DNA of 64,000 nucleotides from Methanoregula sp. (GCF_049510915.1 NZ_JBEKYN010000001.1), one strand, 5' to 3'; positions 18,013-28,079 are shown, numbered from the stretch's first letter. The notes: generated by a model from the letters alone, not told the origin. Numbers and translations: made by a program.

Positions 18013-18690
18013 ATGCTGACCTGCGATCTGCATGTGCATACAAATTTTTCGAAGGATGGCGAGAGCAGTGTCGAAGATATCCTCCGTCAGGCGGAGGCGG
18101 TCGGGCTTGACGTGATCGCCATCACCGACCACGACTGCGTCGATGGGGCAAAAAAAGCGCTCGCGTGCACCTGTTCCCTTCTTGTAATCCCCGGGATCGA
18201 GGTCTCGACCCTGCAGGGCCACCTGCTGGTGTTAGGTGTGACCGAGATTATTCCCGCGGGCCTTGACGTGCGCGAGACGGTCAGGATCGCCCGGCGCATG
18301 GGGGCGCTCGTCGTCCTCCCCCATCCGTACCATATGTGGCGGCACGGCGTCGCCCGGAGGATCCGGGCCGCCATGAAGATCGTCGACGCGGTCGAGGCCT
18401 TCAACAGCCGCTACATCGTCGGTTCGGCCAACCGCAAGGCAGGCAGGATCGCGTCACGGTTGAACAAGCCCTGTGTCGGCGGGAGTGACGCCCATAACGC
18501 ACGGTTCGTGGGCTTCGGGAGGACATATGTCGAGGCAAAACCGGATATGCAGGCCATCTTTGCGGCTATCCGGGCGGGGCGGGTTTCCTGCGGCGGGAGA
18601 AAAACGCCCCTGCGCACCTATACCCGCCAGTCGCTGAACAACACATGGAGAAGGATCAAACGTCTGACCCGGCGGTTCCGCGTCCGGTAA
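18013..18690 (+). CDS. PHP-domain metal-dependent phosphoesterase
   Basis: CDLHVHTNFSKDG ... VIAITDHD ... HPY ... GGSDAH are the PHP-family His/Asp motifs. Confidence 0.85.
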   Translation: MLTCDLHVHTNFSKDGESSVEDILRQAEAVGLDVIAITDHDCVDGAKKALACTCSLLVIPGIEVSTLQGHLLVLGVTEIIPAGLDVRETVRIARRMGALVVLPHPYHMWRHGVARRIRAAMKIVDAVEAFNSRYIVGSANRKAGRIASRLNKPCVGGSDAHNARFVGFGRTYVEAKPDMQAIFAAIRAGRVSCGGRKTPLRTYTRQSLNNTWRRIKRLTRRFRVR

Positions 18691-19481
18691 GGCTTGCATG
18701 CCGGGTCTCCTACCTGGGCACCCGGTTCTATGGCTCGCAGCAGCAGGAGTCCAGCCGCACAGTCGAAGGCGAGTTTATCGGCGCATGCCGGCGCCTCGAT
18801 CTTTTTTCTGACTGGCGGACTGCAGGTTTCTGTTCCGCCGGGAGGACCGACCGCGGGGTGCATGCCTGCGGGCAGGTCGTTGCATTCTCCACGCCATACC
18901 CGGACCGCGCCCGGCAGGCCCTCAACAGCCAGCTGCCACCTGATGCCTGGTGCACGGCCTCCGCTGAGGTGCCCGACACCTTCCATCCCCGGTACGATGC
19001 CCGGTCGCGCACGTACCGGTACTATTATTCAGAGACGGTACTTGATCCGCAGGCAATGGAAGCGGCGGCCACACATTTCCTTGGCGAGCACAACTTCTCG
19101 AACTTTGCCCGGGTGGGCGACAAGAACCCGTGGCGGAAGATCCTCGAAGCCCGGATCGGGACCGATGGCCGGTTCACGTACCTCGAAGTGAAAGCCGAAA
19201 GTTTCCTCTGGCACCAGGTGCGGTGCATGGCGGCCGCACTCTTATCCGTAGGCACGGGTGAACAGGATATGGACGGGATCCTCTTATTGCTCAACGAGAA
19301 GACGAGCCGGCCTATCCCGCCGGCGCCGGCGGAAGGGCTCGTGCTCTGGGATACGGACTGCGGGATCGCGTGGGTGCCGATTGAAGAGGGCGATCGCAGC
19401 GGCACGTACTGCACCGAGCTCCGGCGGCACCACGCGCTCATGGAGCAGGTCTGCCGGGTGCTCCGGCCGGGACTGCCGTAA
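18645..19481 (+). CDS. truA: tRNA pseudouridine synthase A
   Basis: YLGTRFYGSQQQ and the catalytic GRTDRGVHA motif. Overlaps the 3' end of the PHP gene by 46 nt. Confidence 0.9.
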   Translation: MEKDQTSDPAVPRPVRLACRVSYLGTRFYGSQQQESSRTVEGEFIGACRRLDLFSDWRTAGFCSAGRTDRGVHACGQVVAFSTPYPDRARQALNSQLPPDAWCTASAEVPDTFHPRYDARSRTYRYYYSETVLDPQAMEAAATHFLGEHNFSNFARVGDKNPWRKILEARIGTDGRFTYLEVKAESFLWHQVRCMAAALLSVGTGEQDMDGILLLLNEKTSRPIPPAPAEGLVLWDTDCGIAWVPIEEGDRSGTYCTELRRHHALMEQVCRVLRPGLP

Positions 19482-19535
19482 ACTCCGACATGTCTCTCTC
19501 AAAAAGACGGCTGGAAAAATTTTCAGGGGTTGGGA

Positions 19536-20759
19536 TTATTTCCCCAAGAGTGTTGCAGCAAATGTTCTGCCGATCTCAAAACACTGGTTGAGCTCGTTCT
19601 CATCCGGCACATAATAACATTCCATCTGCTCTTTGACGTCAAATCCTGCTTTCGTGAGTTCGTCAGCGATTATTTTTACTGCGCCTCCCTTTCCTCCCAT
19701 GGAACCGAAGGTGACTGCTCCCCTTTTTATGCCGGTGTGATCGAACCGCAACCCTTTGAGGTAATAGATGATGTCACCGATACTGGGAAACGGCGCATCG
19801 TGGATGGTCGGGATACCCATGCAGATTCCCTTGCTCGTGAGGATATCTTTTACAATCTCGCTCCGCTCGTCCTCATGCAGGTAATACATCTTCACGTCAA
19901 TGCCGCCGGCGATCAGCCCCTCGGCAATCGCGTGCGCCATCATCTGCGTGGAGTGGTGCATGGTATCGTAGATAATGGTCACTTTATTCTCGCACACCCC
20001 GGTCGCCCAACCGGTGTAGGCCGAAAGGATCCGTCCCGGATCCGTCCAGATCTGGCCGTGCCCCGGTGCAATCATTGTGATCTTCTCCGCGAGGCCCAGC
20101 CTGCGGAACTCATCGAGCTTTTTTACCAGCAGCTTTGAGGGATACACGAGCAGGTTGCCGTAGAACTTTGCCGCCGCTTCCATCAGGAAGGCATCAGGGA
20201 CATCATGGTCGTACCGTCTGGCATAACAGAGGTGCTGGCTGAAGGCATCATTGGAGAACAGGATGCCGTTTGGAGCGAGGAAGGTTTCCATGCTGTCCGG
20301 CCAGTGGAGGAAGGGGGTTTCCACGTTCTCAAGCGTCCGGCCCCCGAGATCTATTGTCGTGCCGGTCTTTGAGATGATAAATCCGGCCCCGGCAAGTGAC
20401 GGGTAATGTTTGAGAAGACCCTTCTCTCCGATCTCGGTGCAGTAAATGGGGGCTTTCGGGAACTTTTTATGGATCTCGAGGAGTGCCCCGGAATGATCGC
20501 GTTCGATATGGTTCTGGATGATCACATCGATGGCAATATCGCGTTTCTCGCAGGAGAAGGCATGTGCGATCCTCCCCCACATCTGGGAGGAGGTGCCGGG
20601 ATACGTATTGTCGATCAGGGCGACCTTGTCCTTCCCGAAAACAAGATAGGCATTATAGGTCGTCCCCTTGAGGGTATACCCGTGGTATGTCCGCAGGTCC
20701 CAGTCGAGCGTCCCAACCCAGTAGACGCCATCGCCGATCTTACATGACTCTGCTTTCAT
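19536..20759 (-). CDS. fprA: Flavodiiron protein, F420H2 oxidase type (FprA)
   Basis: N-terminal metallo-beta-lactamase-like domain with the diiron motif [11 protein letters not shown], and a C-terminal flavodoxin domain ([12 protein letters not shown]). Confidence 0.88.
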   Translation of the reverse strand: MKAESCKIGDGVYWVGTLDWDLRTYHGYTLKGTTYNAYLVFGKDKVALIDNTYPGTSSQMWGRIAHAFSCEKRDIAIDVIIQNHIERDHSGALLEIHKKFPKAPIYCTEIGEKGLLKHYPSLAGAGFIISKTGTTIDLGGRTLENVETPFLHWPDSMETFLAPNGILFSNDAFSQHLCYARRYDHDVPDAFLMEAAAKFYGNLLVYPSKLLVKKLDEFRRLGLAEKITMIAPGHGQIWTDPGRILSAYTGWATGVCENKVTIIYDTMHHSTQMMAHAIAEGLIAGGIDVKMYYLHEDERSEIVKDILTSKGICMGIPTIHDAPFPSIGDIIYYLKGLRFDHTGIKRGAVTFGSMGGKGGAVKIIADELTKAGFDVKEQMECYYVPDENELNQCFEIGRTFAATLLGK

Positions 20760-20929
20760 GCAGAATGATTACGCTCCGGTATATTAAGGCTGTCCTATAA
20801 AAACAATATGCCTGATATACCGGAAAAGCTGGAAGTATTTTCCCGGGAGAACCGGAACGATGGCAACAGACCAGTCCCTGCGGTCACGAAAAATTCGGGA
20901 GTGGGTAAAAAAGGTGGGGGTGGTTTTGA

Positions 20930-22150
20930 TTAAAATACCCGGGCGCAGCCGCTTGCAACCGCCGCTTCGCTCACGGCCCCTGCCACGGTTTTGACCACGT
21001 CCCGGTTGAGCATCCGGGGCAGGATGCGATCATGCCGGGGGCGTTTCACGTAACCCGCGAGGGCGTGGGCGGCCGCAACCTTCATCTCAGCGGAGATCCG
21101 GGTTGCACACACATCGAGAGCGCCCCGAAAGATGCCTGGGAAGGCGAGCGCGTAGTTGATCTGGTTGGGGTACTCGCTCCGTGCCGTGCCGACCACGGAT
21201 GCCCCGGCCAAGAGTGCGTCTTTTGGCAGGATCTCGGGCACGGGGCTTGCCAGCGCAAAGACGATCGGGTCATCTGCCATCGACCGGATCATTGCCGGCG
21301 TTACGATCCCCGGAACCGAAACGCAGATGCAGGCGTCCGCTCCCTCCATCGCATCGGCAAGCGTGCCCGTCCTCCCGCCAATATTAGTTTCCTCCCCGAT
21401 GATGAACTTGTACTTGTTCGCGTACAGCCCCTCCCGGTCCCGGTGGATGATCCCCTGCGTGTCGCAGACAATGATATCGTTCACGCTGGGAAAGAGGCCG
21501 GGGTCGTAGCCGATGTGCCGGAGCATGCGGGTGATGGCAAAGCCTGCCGCCCCGGCGCCGCAGATGACGATGTTTAAGTCCTCGAACTGTTTCCCGGTCA
21601 CCCGGCAGGCGTTGAGCAATGCGGCGAGCACGACCACGGCGGTCCCGTGCTGGTCGTCATGCATGACCGGGATCCCGATACCCTGCAGCGCCTCTTCGAG
21701 CTCGAAGCACTTGGGCGCCGCGATGTCTTCGAGCGCGATGCCGCCAAAGACCGGCGCAATGTTTTTTATGTCATCGGCAAATTCCGTGTGGTAACTCTCA
21801 AAACAGATGGGAAAGGCATCAATGCCGGCGAGTTTCTTGAACAGGAGGGCCTTTCCCTCCATTACGGGGATCGCGGCATAGCCCCCGATGTTCCCGAGCG
21901 AGAGGACGCGGGAACCGTCAGAGACGATCGCGATCGTGTTGGCCTTGAGCGTGTATTTCCAGGCAAGCTCCGGGTCTTTTGCGATCTCCTTTGAGACCGC
22001 CCCGACACCGGGGGTATAGACAAGCGAGAGGTCGTGCCGGTTTTTGATCCGGACTTTTGAATGGACCTCGATCTTCCCGCGGTACTTCTCGTGGAACGCG
22101 AGCGAGTCCGCGTAGATGTTCTCCCGCTTTTTTTTCTGTTGTCCGATCAT
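20930..22150 (-). CDS. NAD(P)-dependent malic enzyme
   Basis: DLSLVYTPGV and the dinucleotide fold VICGAGAAG, with the length of prokaryotic short malic enzymes. Start moved to ATG 22150 (MIGQQKKK). Confidence 0.88.
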   Translation of the reverse strand: MIGQQKKKRENIYADSLAFHEKYRGKIEVHSKVRIKNRHDLSLVYTPGVGAVSKEIAKDPELAWKYTLKANTIAIVSDGSRVLSLGNIGGYAAIPVMEGKALLFKKLAGIDAFPICFESYHTEFADDIKNIAPVFGGIALEDIAAPKCFELEEALQGIGIPVMHDDQHGTAVVVLAALLNACRVTGKQFEDLNIVICGAGAAGFAITRMLRHIGYDPGLFPSVNDIIVCDTQGIIHRDREGLYANKYKFIIGEETNIGGRTGTLADAMEGADACICVSVPGIVTPAMIRSMADDPIVFALASPVPEILPKDALLAGASVVGTARSEYPNQINYALAFPGIFRGALDVCATRISAEMKVAAAHALAGYVKRPRHDRILPRMLNRDVVKTVAGAVSEAAVASGCARVF

Positions 22151-22593
22151 GAAGCCACACGCCGAATAGTTCAATGGTGGAAGCGGGGCATGATGAATCT
22201 TTTGTGAAAATAGAGGGCGGGACGGAAGTATGATTCGACAGGGCAGGGGTCGCGGGACTTGCAGGGACGTTGATCCAACAAAGCAATCACTGCGGTATAT
22301 GCTGGTGCCGGGCTGGGCATTATCACGCATTCATGAAAGGGGTCTGCCCTGTGCCATAGAGCCCCATTTATGCCAGCAGCCCTGCCCCCGGCTGCAGGGG
22401 CGTTTGCGATAGCCCTCTTTCAGAATAATGTTCCCGATGTGTTGGTGGATATGCACCTGAACAAATTCATGATCAAGGTAAATGCATAGCGCAAAACCTG
22501 GCGAGGCGTTTTGCGCGTTGGGCATCGTTTCAAAATATATTTGATGGCACTATCAGAAACGAGAAACCCTGTTTTTTAAACAGCCCATGGTCT

Positions 22594-23022
22594 TTATCCA
22601 GGCAATCCGTGCCCGAACGTCTTATCGATCCATGTACAGATCGCATCCCGGACCCTCCGGTACCCGCCAAGGATCTCTTCATCGGTGCCCGGGGTCAGGT
22701 GCGGGTCGGGAAACCCGTGGTGGATCGTTTTTTTTGCGGAAGGGACGACCGGGCATATCGCGTGGGCGTTGTCGCAGAGCGTGACGGCAAGATCGAACGG
22801 CACTCCCCTGAATGTGTCGAGCGACTTTGGCTGGTGGCCGGAGATATCGATCCCGATATCCTTCATCACGTCAATCGCACGGGTACTCACCCGGCCGGCG
22901 GGGCGGAAGCCGGCCGAAAAGACCTCGTATTTATCGCCGTACTTTGCCCGGAGGTAGCCCTCCGCCATCTGGGAGCGGGCCGCGTTTGCGGTGCAGATAA
23001 AAAGAATGCGGGGCCTGTTCAT
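22594..23022 (-). CDS. arsC: Arsenate reductase, thioredoxin-coupled LMW-PTPase type
   Basis: P-loop ILFICTANAARSQMAEG, plus the downstream Cys pair TLCDNAHAICP spaced as in Staphylococcus/Bacillus-type ArsC. Confidence 0.85.
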   Translation of the reverse strand: MNRPRILFICTANAARSQMAEGYLRAKYGDKYEVFSAGFRPAGRVSTRAIDVMKDIGIDISGHQPKSLDTFRGVPFDLAVTLCDNAHAICPVVPSAKKTIHHGFPDPHLTPGTDEEILGGYRRVRDAICTWIDKTFGHGLPG

Positions 23023-23109
23023 GTTCTGCAGTCTGATGATGGACTGCCGCCTTTATACCATTTCTCTTTGAGGTAAAGCGCCACGTTCACGGGGCCATGA
23101 GACCGATCG

Positions 23110-23457
23110 TCACTGATCCCTCTTTTCAGCTCCGCACGAACACGGTTCTTCTGTCGTCCCGCCGCAGCAGGAGCCGTCTGGCCCCCCGCAGCTGCACTCC
23201 GTATCCATATTTTTCCCCCGGAGCGCCGCTCCGATCATCGCCCATGCGCATCCGACCCCGCTCTGGACTTCGATTGCCTGCACCGGGCAGTTCTTCGCAC
23301 ACGCTCCGCACTCCATGCATTCCCGGGGATTGAGGAGTTCCGCCCGATCGTTGCCTTCGGCAAAGACCCGGTGGGGGCAGACCTGCGTGCACCGCCGGCA
23401 GTTGATGCACTTCTCCGGGAAATACCGGAGCGTGTTCTCCGCGTAACAGTCAAACAT
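23110..23457 (-). CDS. hgcB: Mercury methylation ferredoxin HgcB
   Basis: Two CxxCxxCxxxCP motifs (CINCRRCTQVCP, CMECGACAKNCP) and a Cys-rich C-terminal tail that includes vicinal CC (GSCCGG). Lies immediately downstream of hgcA with a 1-nt TGATG overlap. Confidence 0.88.
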   Translation of the reverse strand: MFDCYAENTLRYFPEKCINCRRCTQVCPHRVFAEGNDRAELLNPRECMECGACAKNCPVQAIEVQSGVGCAWAMIGAALRGKNMDTECSCGGPDGSCCGGTTEEPCSCGAEKRDQ

Positions 23458-24521
23458 CAGGCCACCCCCGTGAGCCGGAGAACGCCAAGCGCGATCCCGA
23501 GGACCGTCCCGGCGCCGGCCATGAGCACCATTGCCGGCACGTACCGGAAGATCTCTTTTTTCACGCCCGTCCGCGAGGTGAACGTGGTCGAACCCGTGAA
23601 GTTGAGGGCAAGGTACGCGACAACGGCCGGTATGAGGAGGAACGGGACAAGCACTGTGATGACCTGCGTGAGGCCGGAGAGGCCGGGTGCCTGAACAAAT
23701 GCGCCCGCAAACGGGATCGCGATAATGGCCCCGAGGATGAAGCCCTTCGTGGAGAAGTCATGTGTCGGGATAACCGGGAGCAGCGTGGGGAAGAGTATTG
23801 TTCCCGCGAGCACGGTGGCAACAGCGGCGATCCCTGCGACCGGGCCGGCAAGGAAGTACAGCACGACGGCTACCGCAATCATGGGGAGGAAAGCGTGCAC
23901 AAGTTCCATGGGACAGAGGACGAGCCGGTCGGCAAGTGGGAACCGGACGGTACGCATCTCCCGGGTTGCCGTGCGGGTGGCAAGATATGCCGGGAGATCC
24001 CGGACCCGGACCGGGCCGTACTCGACCGAGAAGCCGGTCCGGCGGGTGACCTCATGTGCCGAAACCCCGGGCGCCGAAAGCTGGGGGAGGATGATCCTGC
24101 GGTGCGAGACAACTCCGGAAAGGCCGGTGGCATCGATGCGCCGGACCAGTTCGTCCGTCCCGAACGTGCCTTTCCCGGCAGCGCACCAGACGTTGATGCC
24201 TTTTGTGTCGAGGACAAGTATCCATGCATCAATGCCGGCGAGCGCCGAACGGAGCGCGTCAAAGCTGAGCGTGTAGTTCGCGGAGGCAAAGACCGGTGAC
24301 TCTTTTGTCGGGTTGCCGAGCCGGTACAGGCCCGGCGGAACGATCCGGCCCATCCGGTTGACGCCCCACCGGGCAAGGAAGTGGCCTCGCCGGTCTTTTC
24401 CGGTGATTTGGGAGCTGGTGGTGCGAATCTCTTGGACCGGGCCAGCTGCCCCGGAGCAGCAGCATGCGGCAACCGGTTCTTGTGCGGATTTTCCGCAGCA
24501 GGCATTTTCTGGTTGTTCCAT
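23457..24521 (-). CDS. hgcA: Mercury methylation corrinoid protein HgcA
   Basis: Cap-helix signature NVWCAAGKG at nt 24168-24194, with four to five C-terminal TM helices. ATG at 24521; an in-frame GTG at 24530 is the ORF-track start. Confidence 0.92.
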   Translation of the reverse strand: MEQPENACCGKSAQEPVAACCCSGAAGPVQEIRTTSSQITGKDRRGHFLARWGVNRMGRIVPPGLYRLGNPTKESPVFASANYTLSFDALRSALAGIDAWILVLDTKGINVWCAAGKGTFGTDELVRRIDATGLSGVVSHRRIILPQLSAPGVSAHEVTRRTGFSVEYGPVRVRDLPAYLATRTATREMRTVRFPLADRLVLCPMELVHAFLPMIAVAVVLYFLAGPVAGIAAVATVLAGTILFPTLLPVIPTHDFSTKGFILGAIIAIPFAGAFVQAPGLSGLTQVITVLVPFLLIPAVVAYLALNFTGSTTFTSRTGVKKEIFRYVPAMVLMAGAGTVLGIALGVLRLTGVA

Positions 24522-24534
24522 GTCTGGCACTTCA

Positions 24535-24606
24535 TTTCAAATTTTGTTGAAACATTATCCGCAGGTCAATGGTTTATACTTTGGCATTTCATAATATTTT
24601 GAAATG
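24535..24606. promoter_or_regulatory. Divergent hgcA/arsR control region with two inverted repeats and a TATA box
   Basis: IR1 is TTTCAA-ATTTTG-TTGAAA (24535-24552). The TATA-like TTTATACT sits at 24573-24580. IR2 is CATTTCA-N8-TGAAATG (24585-24606), and its right arm contains the arsR ATG. Confidence 0.5.
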
Positions 24607-24984
24607 AAATCTTCCGGAAGATCCTGCTGCGGTACGGGAAAACCCCTCGATAAGAAACGGGCGACATCCGACATCGGCCTCGAGGCGATCGAGCGCATTG
24701 GCGGCGAGGAGGCTCTCTCCCGGGCAGTTCCGGAGGAAACCGAGCTGACCGCAATGAGCCGGCGGTACCATGCCCTTTCCGACCCCCTGCGCCTCACGAT
24801 CCTCTACCTTCTCAAAGACCAGCCGCTCTGCGTCTGCGTGATCAACCGGTTCATGCGGATTTCCGATTCAAAACTTTCCTACCATCTCACGGTCTTAAAA
24901 GAGAGCGGGCTTATCGAAGGCGAGTGCCGCGGAAACTGGATCATTTATTCACTCACTGAGACCGGGAAAAAATTTGTGTTGTAA
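24604..24984 (+). CDS. arsR: ArsR/SmtB-family metalloregulator
   Basis: The winged-helix core LSDPLRLTILYLLKDQPLCVCVINRF carries the CVC metalloid-binding motif. An N-terminal extension holds SCCGTG. Confidence 0.88.
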   Translation: MKSSGRSCCGTGKPLDKKRATSDIGLEAIERIGGEEALSRAVPEETELTAMSRRYHALSDPLRLTILYLLKDQPLCVCVINRFMRISDSKLSYHLTVLKESGLIEGECRGNWIIYSLTETGKKFVL

Positions 24985-25245
24985 TTATTTTGTCATGGCC
25001 CGGTGGTATTCGGCCAGCACCGCCACGGCGTACTCGTCCACAAGGGCCGGCGGGATGTAATTGTTCTCCCGGATCCGGCGAATAAGTTCCGCGCTGATCG
25101 CTGCATTGCCGGTGAGCCCCCGGGTCTGAATGACTGCGAAGGCAGCATCGAGGCCGGTGATCCCGACCTGCTTTCCCGCGACCGTGAGCTGCCGGGTGCT
25201 AAAAAGGGTGTCGGCCACACAGGGAGGGAGCGAATCTTTCGCCAT
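24985..25245 (-). CDS. Hypothetical 86-aa protein
   Basis: ORF with normal composition, 3 nt downstream of the cbiA-like gene on the same strand. No family recognised. Confidence 0.5.
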   Translation of the reverse strand: MAKDSLPPCVADTLFSTRQLTVAGKQVGITGLDAAFAVIQTRGLTGNAAISAELIRRIRENNYIPPALVDEYAVAVLAEYHRAMTK

Positions 25246-25248
25246 TGT

Positions 25249-26604
25249 TTACCGCGTTCCTGCGTTTTTCCTGAATGCTGCCGCAGCTGCTACGAATTTT
25301 TTGCAGAACGCGTCGGTGAAATATGCATGGGTGTATGCCCCGATGGTTGAATACTCCGTAAGCCCGTCATTGCCGCCCCCGATACCGGCGCCCTGCCCGA
25401 GCCGGATCGCAAAGCGTGCCTCCGGATCGCATTCGACTCTGGAGTAATGGAACTCGTGGCCCCGGATCGCCACCGTTCCCGTCCAGAGACCGGGCCGGCA
25501 CCCAAATGCGCCCGTCACGTACCCGAGCGCCTGGAGTTTTGGTGTCATGACGGCCCGGCCCGGGAGGATGCCAGCCATTGCATATGTCTGGTTGTCTGCT
25601 TCGAGCGATCCGCAGAGGTACATAAGCCCCCCGCACTCGCCATAGATCGGCATACCCGCTTCAGCCTGATCACGAATGAATTTCCGGCACCGCGAGTGTT
25701 CGAGCATTTCCGCATGCAGCTCAGGATACCCCCCACCGATGTAGATTGCATCTGCGTCCGGCTCTTCATCTTTCAGGGAAGAAAAGGGCCGCACTTCCGC
25801 GCCGGCTCTGGCGAGCCGGTCAAGGTTGTCCTGGTAATAGAAGCAGAACGCCTCGTCCCGTGCGACTCCGATGACCGGACGGTGCCGGGTCGCGGGGGCT
25901 TTTTGTGTGGCAATCGCCGGGACACTGATCGGAGGAGCGGCCCGGGCGACCGCGAGGATCCGGTCGAGGTCGCACGATTCGGCAATCACCCGGCCATAGG
26001 TCTTCATCGCCGGCGACTCATGTGCCATCACGAGGCCGAGATGCCGGCTCTTTACTTCGCTCTCCGGCTGCTTTGGCACCCAGCCGAGCGCCGGGACGAA
26101 CTCCTCCTCTGCGATCATCTGCCGGTGCCGGTCACTCCCGATTTTGTTGTAGATGATGCCGGCGATCTTCACCCGGGGATCAAAGTCCCGGAAGCCCTTC
26201 ACCACCGCGTGGATGCTGCGCGAGACCGCGTGGACATCGACGACAAGGATGACGGGCGCTTTGAGGATCCGGGCCACGTGTGCGGCGCTTGCGGTATCGC
26301 TCCCCTCTCTCCCGTCAAAGAGGCCCATCGCCCCTTCGATGATCGCGACATCGGCGCCGGCCGAAGCAGCGGCAAACGTCCGTCGTATCCCGGTCTCTCC
26401 CATCATGCAAAAATCGAGGTTACGGGACGGCCGGCTGCAGATGAGCGTGTGGTGGGAGGGGTCAATGAAGTCCGGGCCGGTCTTGAACGGCTGAACCTTA
26501 CAGCCGCGGGCGACAAGCGCCGCCATCAGGCCGCTTGCGATCGTCGTCTTGCCGCAGCCGCTGTGCGTGCCGGCGATCACGACCCGGGGGATGTCAGCCT
26601 GCAT
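25249..26604 (-). CDS. cbiA: Cobyrinate (or Ni-sirohydrochlorin) a,c-diamide synthase
   Basis: N-terminal P-loop IAGTHSGCGKTT and a C-terminal glutamine-amidotransferase domain (YGECGGLMYL). CbiA and its paralogue CfbB cannot be told apart by eye. Start moved to ATG 26604. Confidence 0.85.
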   Translation of the reverse strand: MQADIPRVVIAGTHSGCGKTTIASGLMAALVARGCKVQPFKTGPDFIDPSHHTLICSRPSRNLDFCMMGETGIRRTFAAASAGADVAIIEGAMGLFDGREGSDTASAAHVARILKAPVILVVDVHAVSRSIHAVVKGFRDFDPRVKIAGIIYNKIGSDRHRQMIAEEEFVPALGWVPKQPESEVKSRHLGLVMAHESPAMKTYGRVIAESCDLDRILAVARAAPPISVPAIATQKAPATRHRPVIGVARDEAFCFYYQDNLDRLARAGAEVRPFSSLKDEEPDADAIYIGGGYPELHAEMLEHSRCRKFIRDQAEAGMPIYGECGGLMYLCGSLEADNQTYAMAGILPGRAVMTPKLQALGYVTGAFGCRPGLWTGTVAIRGHEFHYSRVECDPEARFAIRLGQGAGIGGGNDGLTEYSTIGAYTHAYFTDAFCKKFVAAAAAFRKNAGTR

Positions 26605-26842
26605 GATGATGTTGTTTGCCGGCTTTGAAGGAATAATTTGTCGTTCGGGGCACCCTGCGAGGAGCACATTTTTCCGGGCATAAGAATCCCCAAGAGACTG
26701 CGTGTATCCCATACTCTCTCGTATATCTGAGGATCCGGGTACCCGGTGATCCGAAACGCGGACGCTGGCAGGAAGGGGAAATTCTGGATGTTTCCGTGGA
26801 CCTTGCATGACGGAATAACTAAAAAAAGAATTTGTTCTGTAA

Positions 26843-27202
26843 TTAAGCGGTCACGTTCGCGGCCTTGCAGCCCTCGCCACGGAAGAGCGCCCACTCTTCG
26901 CAGGTTGTGCCGTTCGGGAACGTGCACATACCGTACTGGCCGCCGTCAGTGTTCGTCATGATTTCGGTAGTGCCACCAATGTTGCCGCAGTTAACAGAAG
27001 CGGGGTTAGCGAGACCGGTCTGGTTGGATGTGGAGCCGCTACCCGCCCCAGCCTCTGCGGCCTGCGTTGTCGAAGGTGAAGTAGGTGTGGTGGTTGTTGT
27101 CGATACCGGTGTGGACTGCCGGGTACACCCGGCAATGATAAGGCCGGCACCAATGCAGAGGCACAAAACAAGTACTATGAAAGATTTCGAAGCCATAATC
27201 AT
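26843..27202 (-). CDS. DUF333-domain lipoprotein
   Basis: Signal peptide with lipobox IIAGC, a Thr/Ser-rich linker, and the C-terminal NPASVNC...GMCTFPNGTTCEEWALFRGEC typical of DUF333. Confidence 0.7.
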   Translation of the reverse strand: MIMASKSFIVLVLCLCIGAGLIIAGCTRQSTPVSTTTTTPTSPSTTQAAEAGAGSGSTSNQTGLANPASVNCGNIGGTTEIMTNTDGGQYGMCTFPNGTTCEEWALFRGEGCKAANVTA

Positions 27203-27285
27203 GACCGGATAGGTTTTTACCGGCCCGTGCTAAAAAAAGATTGGATTAGCTCTCTCCTCGGGCCTCATGCGGAAATGATCGTGTG

Positions 27286-28079
27286 TCAGTGTCCCGTCGC
27301 CTTTTTCATCCTGGCAACATACTGCCTGAGATCTTTTTCCATTGCCATGGTATCGCCAAGGGTCTTTTCCACGATATCCACAATGGCGCTTCCGACAATC
27401 ACGCCATTGGCACCTGCTTTCGCGCAGGTCGTTACGTGGGCCGGTGTCGAGATCCCAAACCCGAGTGCAAGCGGGAGCGTCGTGTGCATGCGGACCCGGT
27501 GCAGGAGCGCGAGGGCCTCGGGCGAAACGATCTTTCGTGCGCCTGTGACCCCGAGCACCGAGACAAGGTAGAGGTACCCGCGTGCCCGGTGCACGATTGC
27601 GTCCATGCGCTCATCGGACGTGGTCTGCGTGATTAGGAAGATCGGGTCGATCTTGTATTTTTGTGCAATCTCAACCACTTCCTTCGATTCCTCAACCGGC
27701 ATATCGGCCACGAGAATGCCGTCAACGCCGGCCTCGTGTGCCTCACGGTAGAATCGTTCGATCCCCCTCCGGTAGATCGTATTGTAATACGTGAGGAAGA
27801 CGATCGGCACTGCCGAATACGCCCGGACTTCCCGGACAATTTCGAAGATCGTATCGGGCGTGGTGCCAGCCGCGAGTGCCCTGTCGTCCGCCCTCTGAAT
27901 GGTCGGGCCGTCCGCGACCGGATCTGAGAACGGTATACCGAACTCAAGGATATCGGTCCCGCCATCAATGAGCGCCTTTGCGATCCGGATCGATGTTTCC
28001 TTATCCGGATCACCTGCTACGGCAAAACCGATAAACGCGGTCGTGCCTTTTTTCCGGAACACTGCATCGATGCGTCCCA

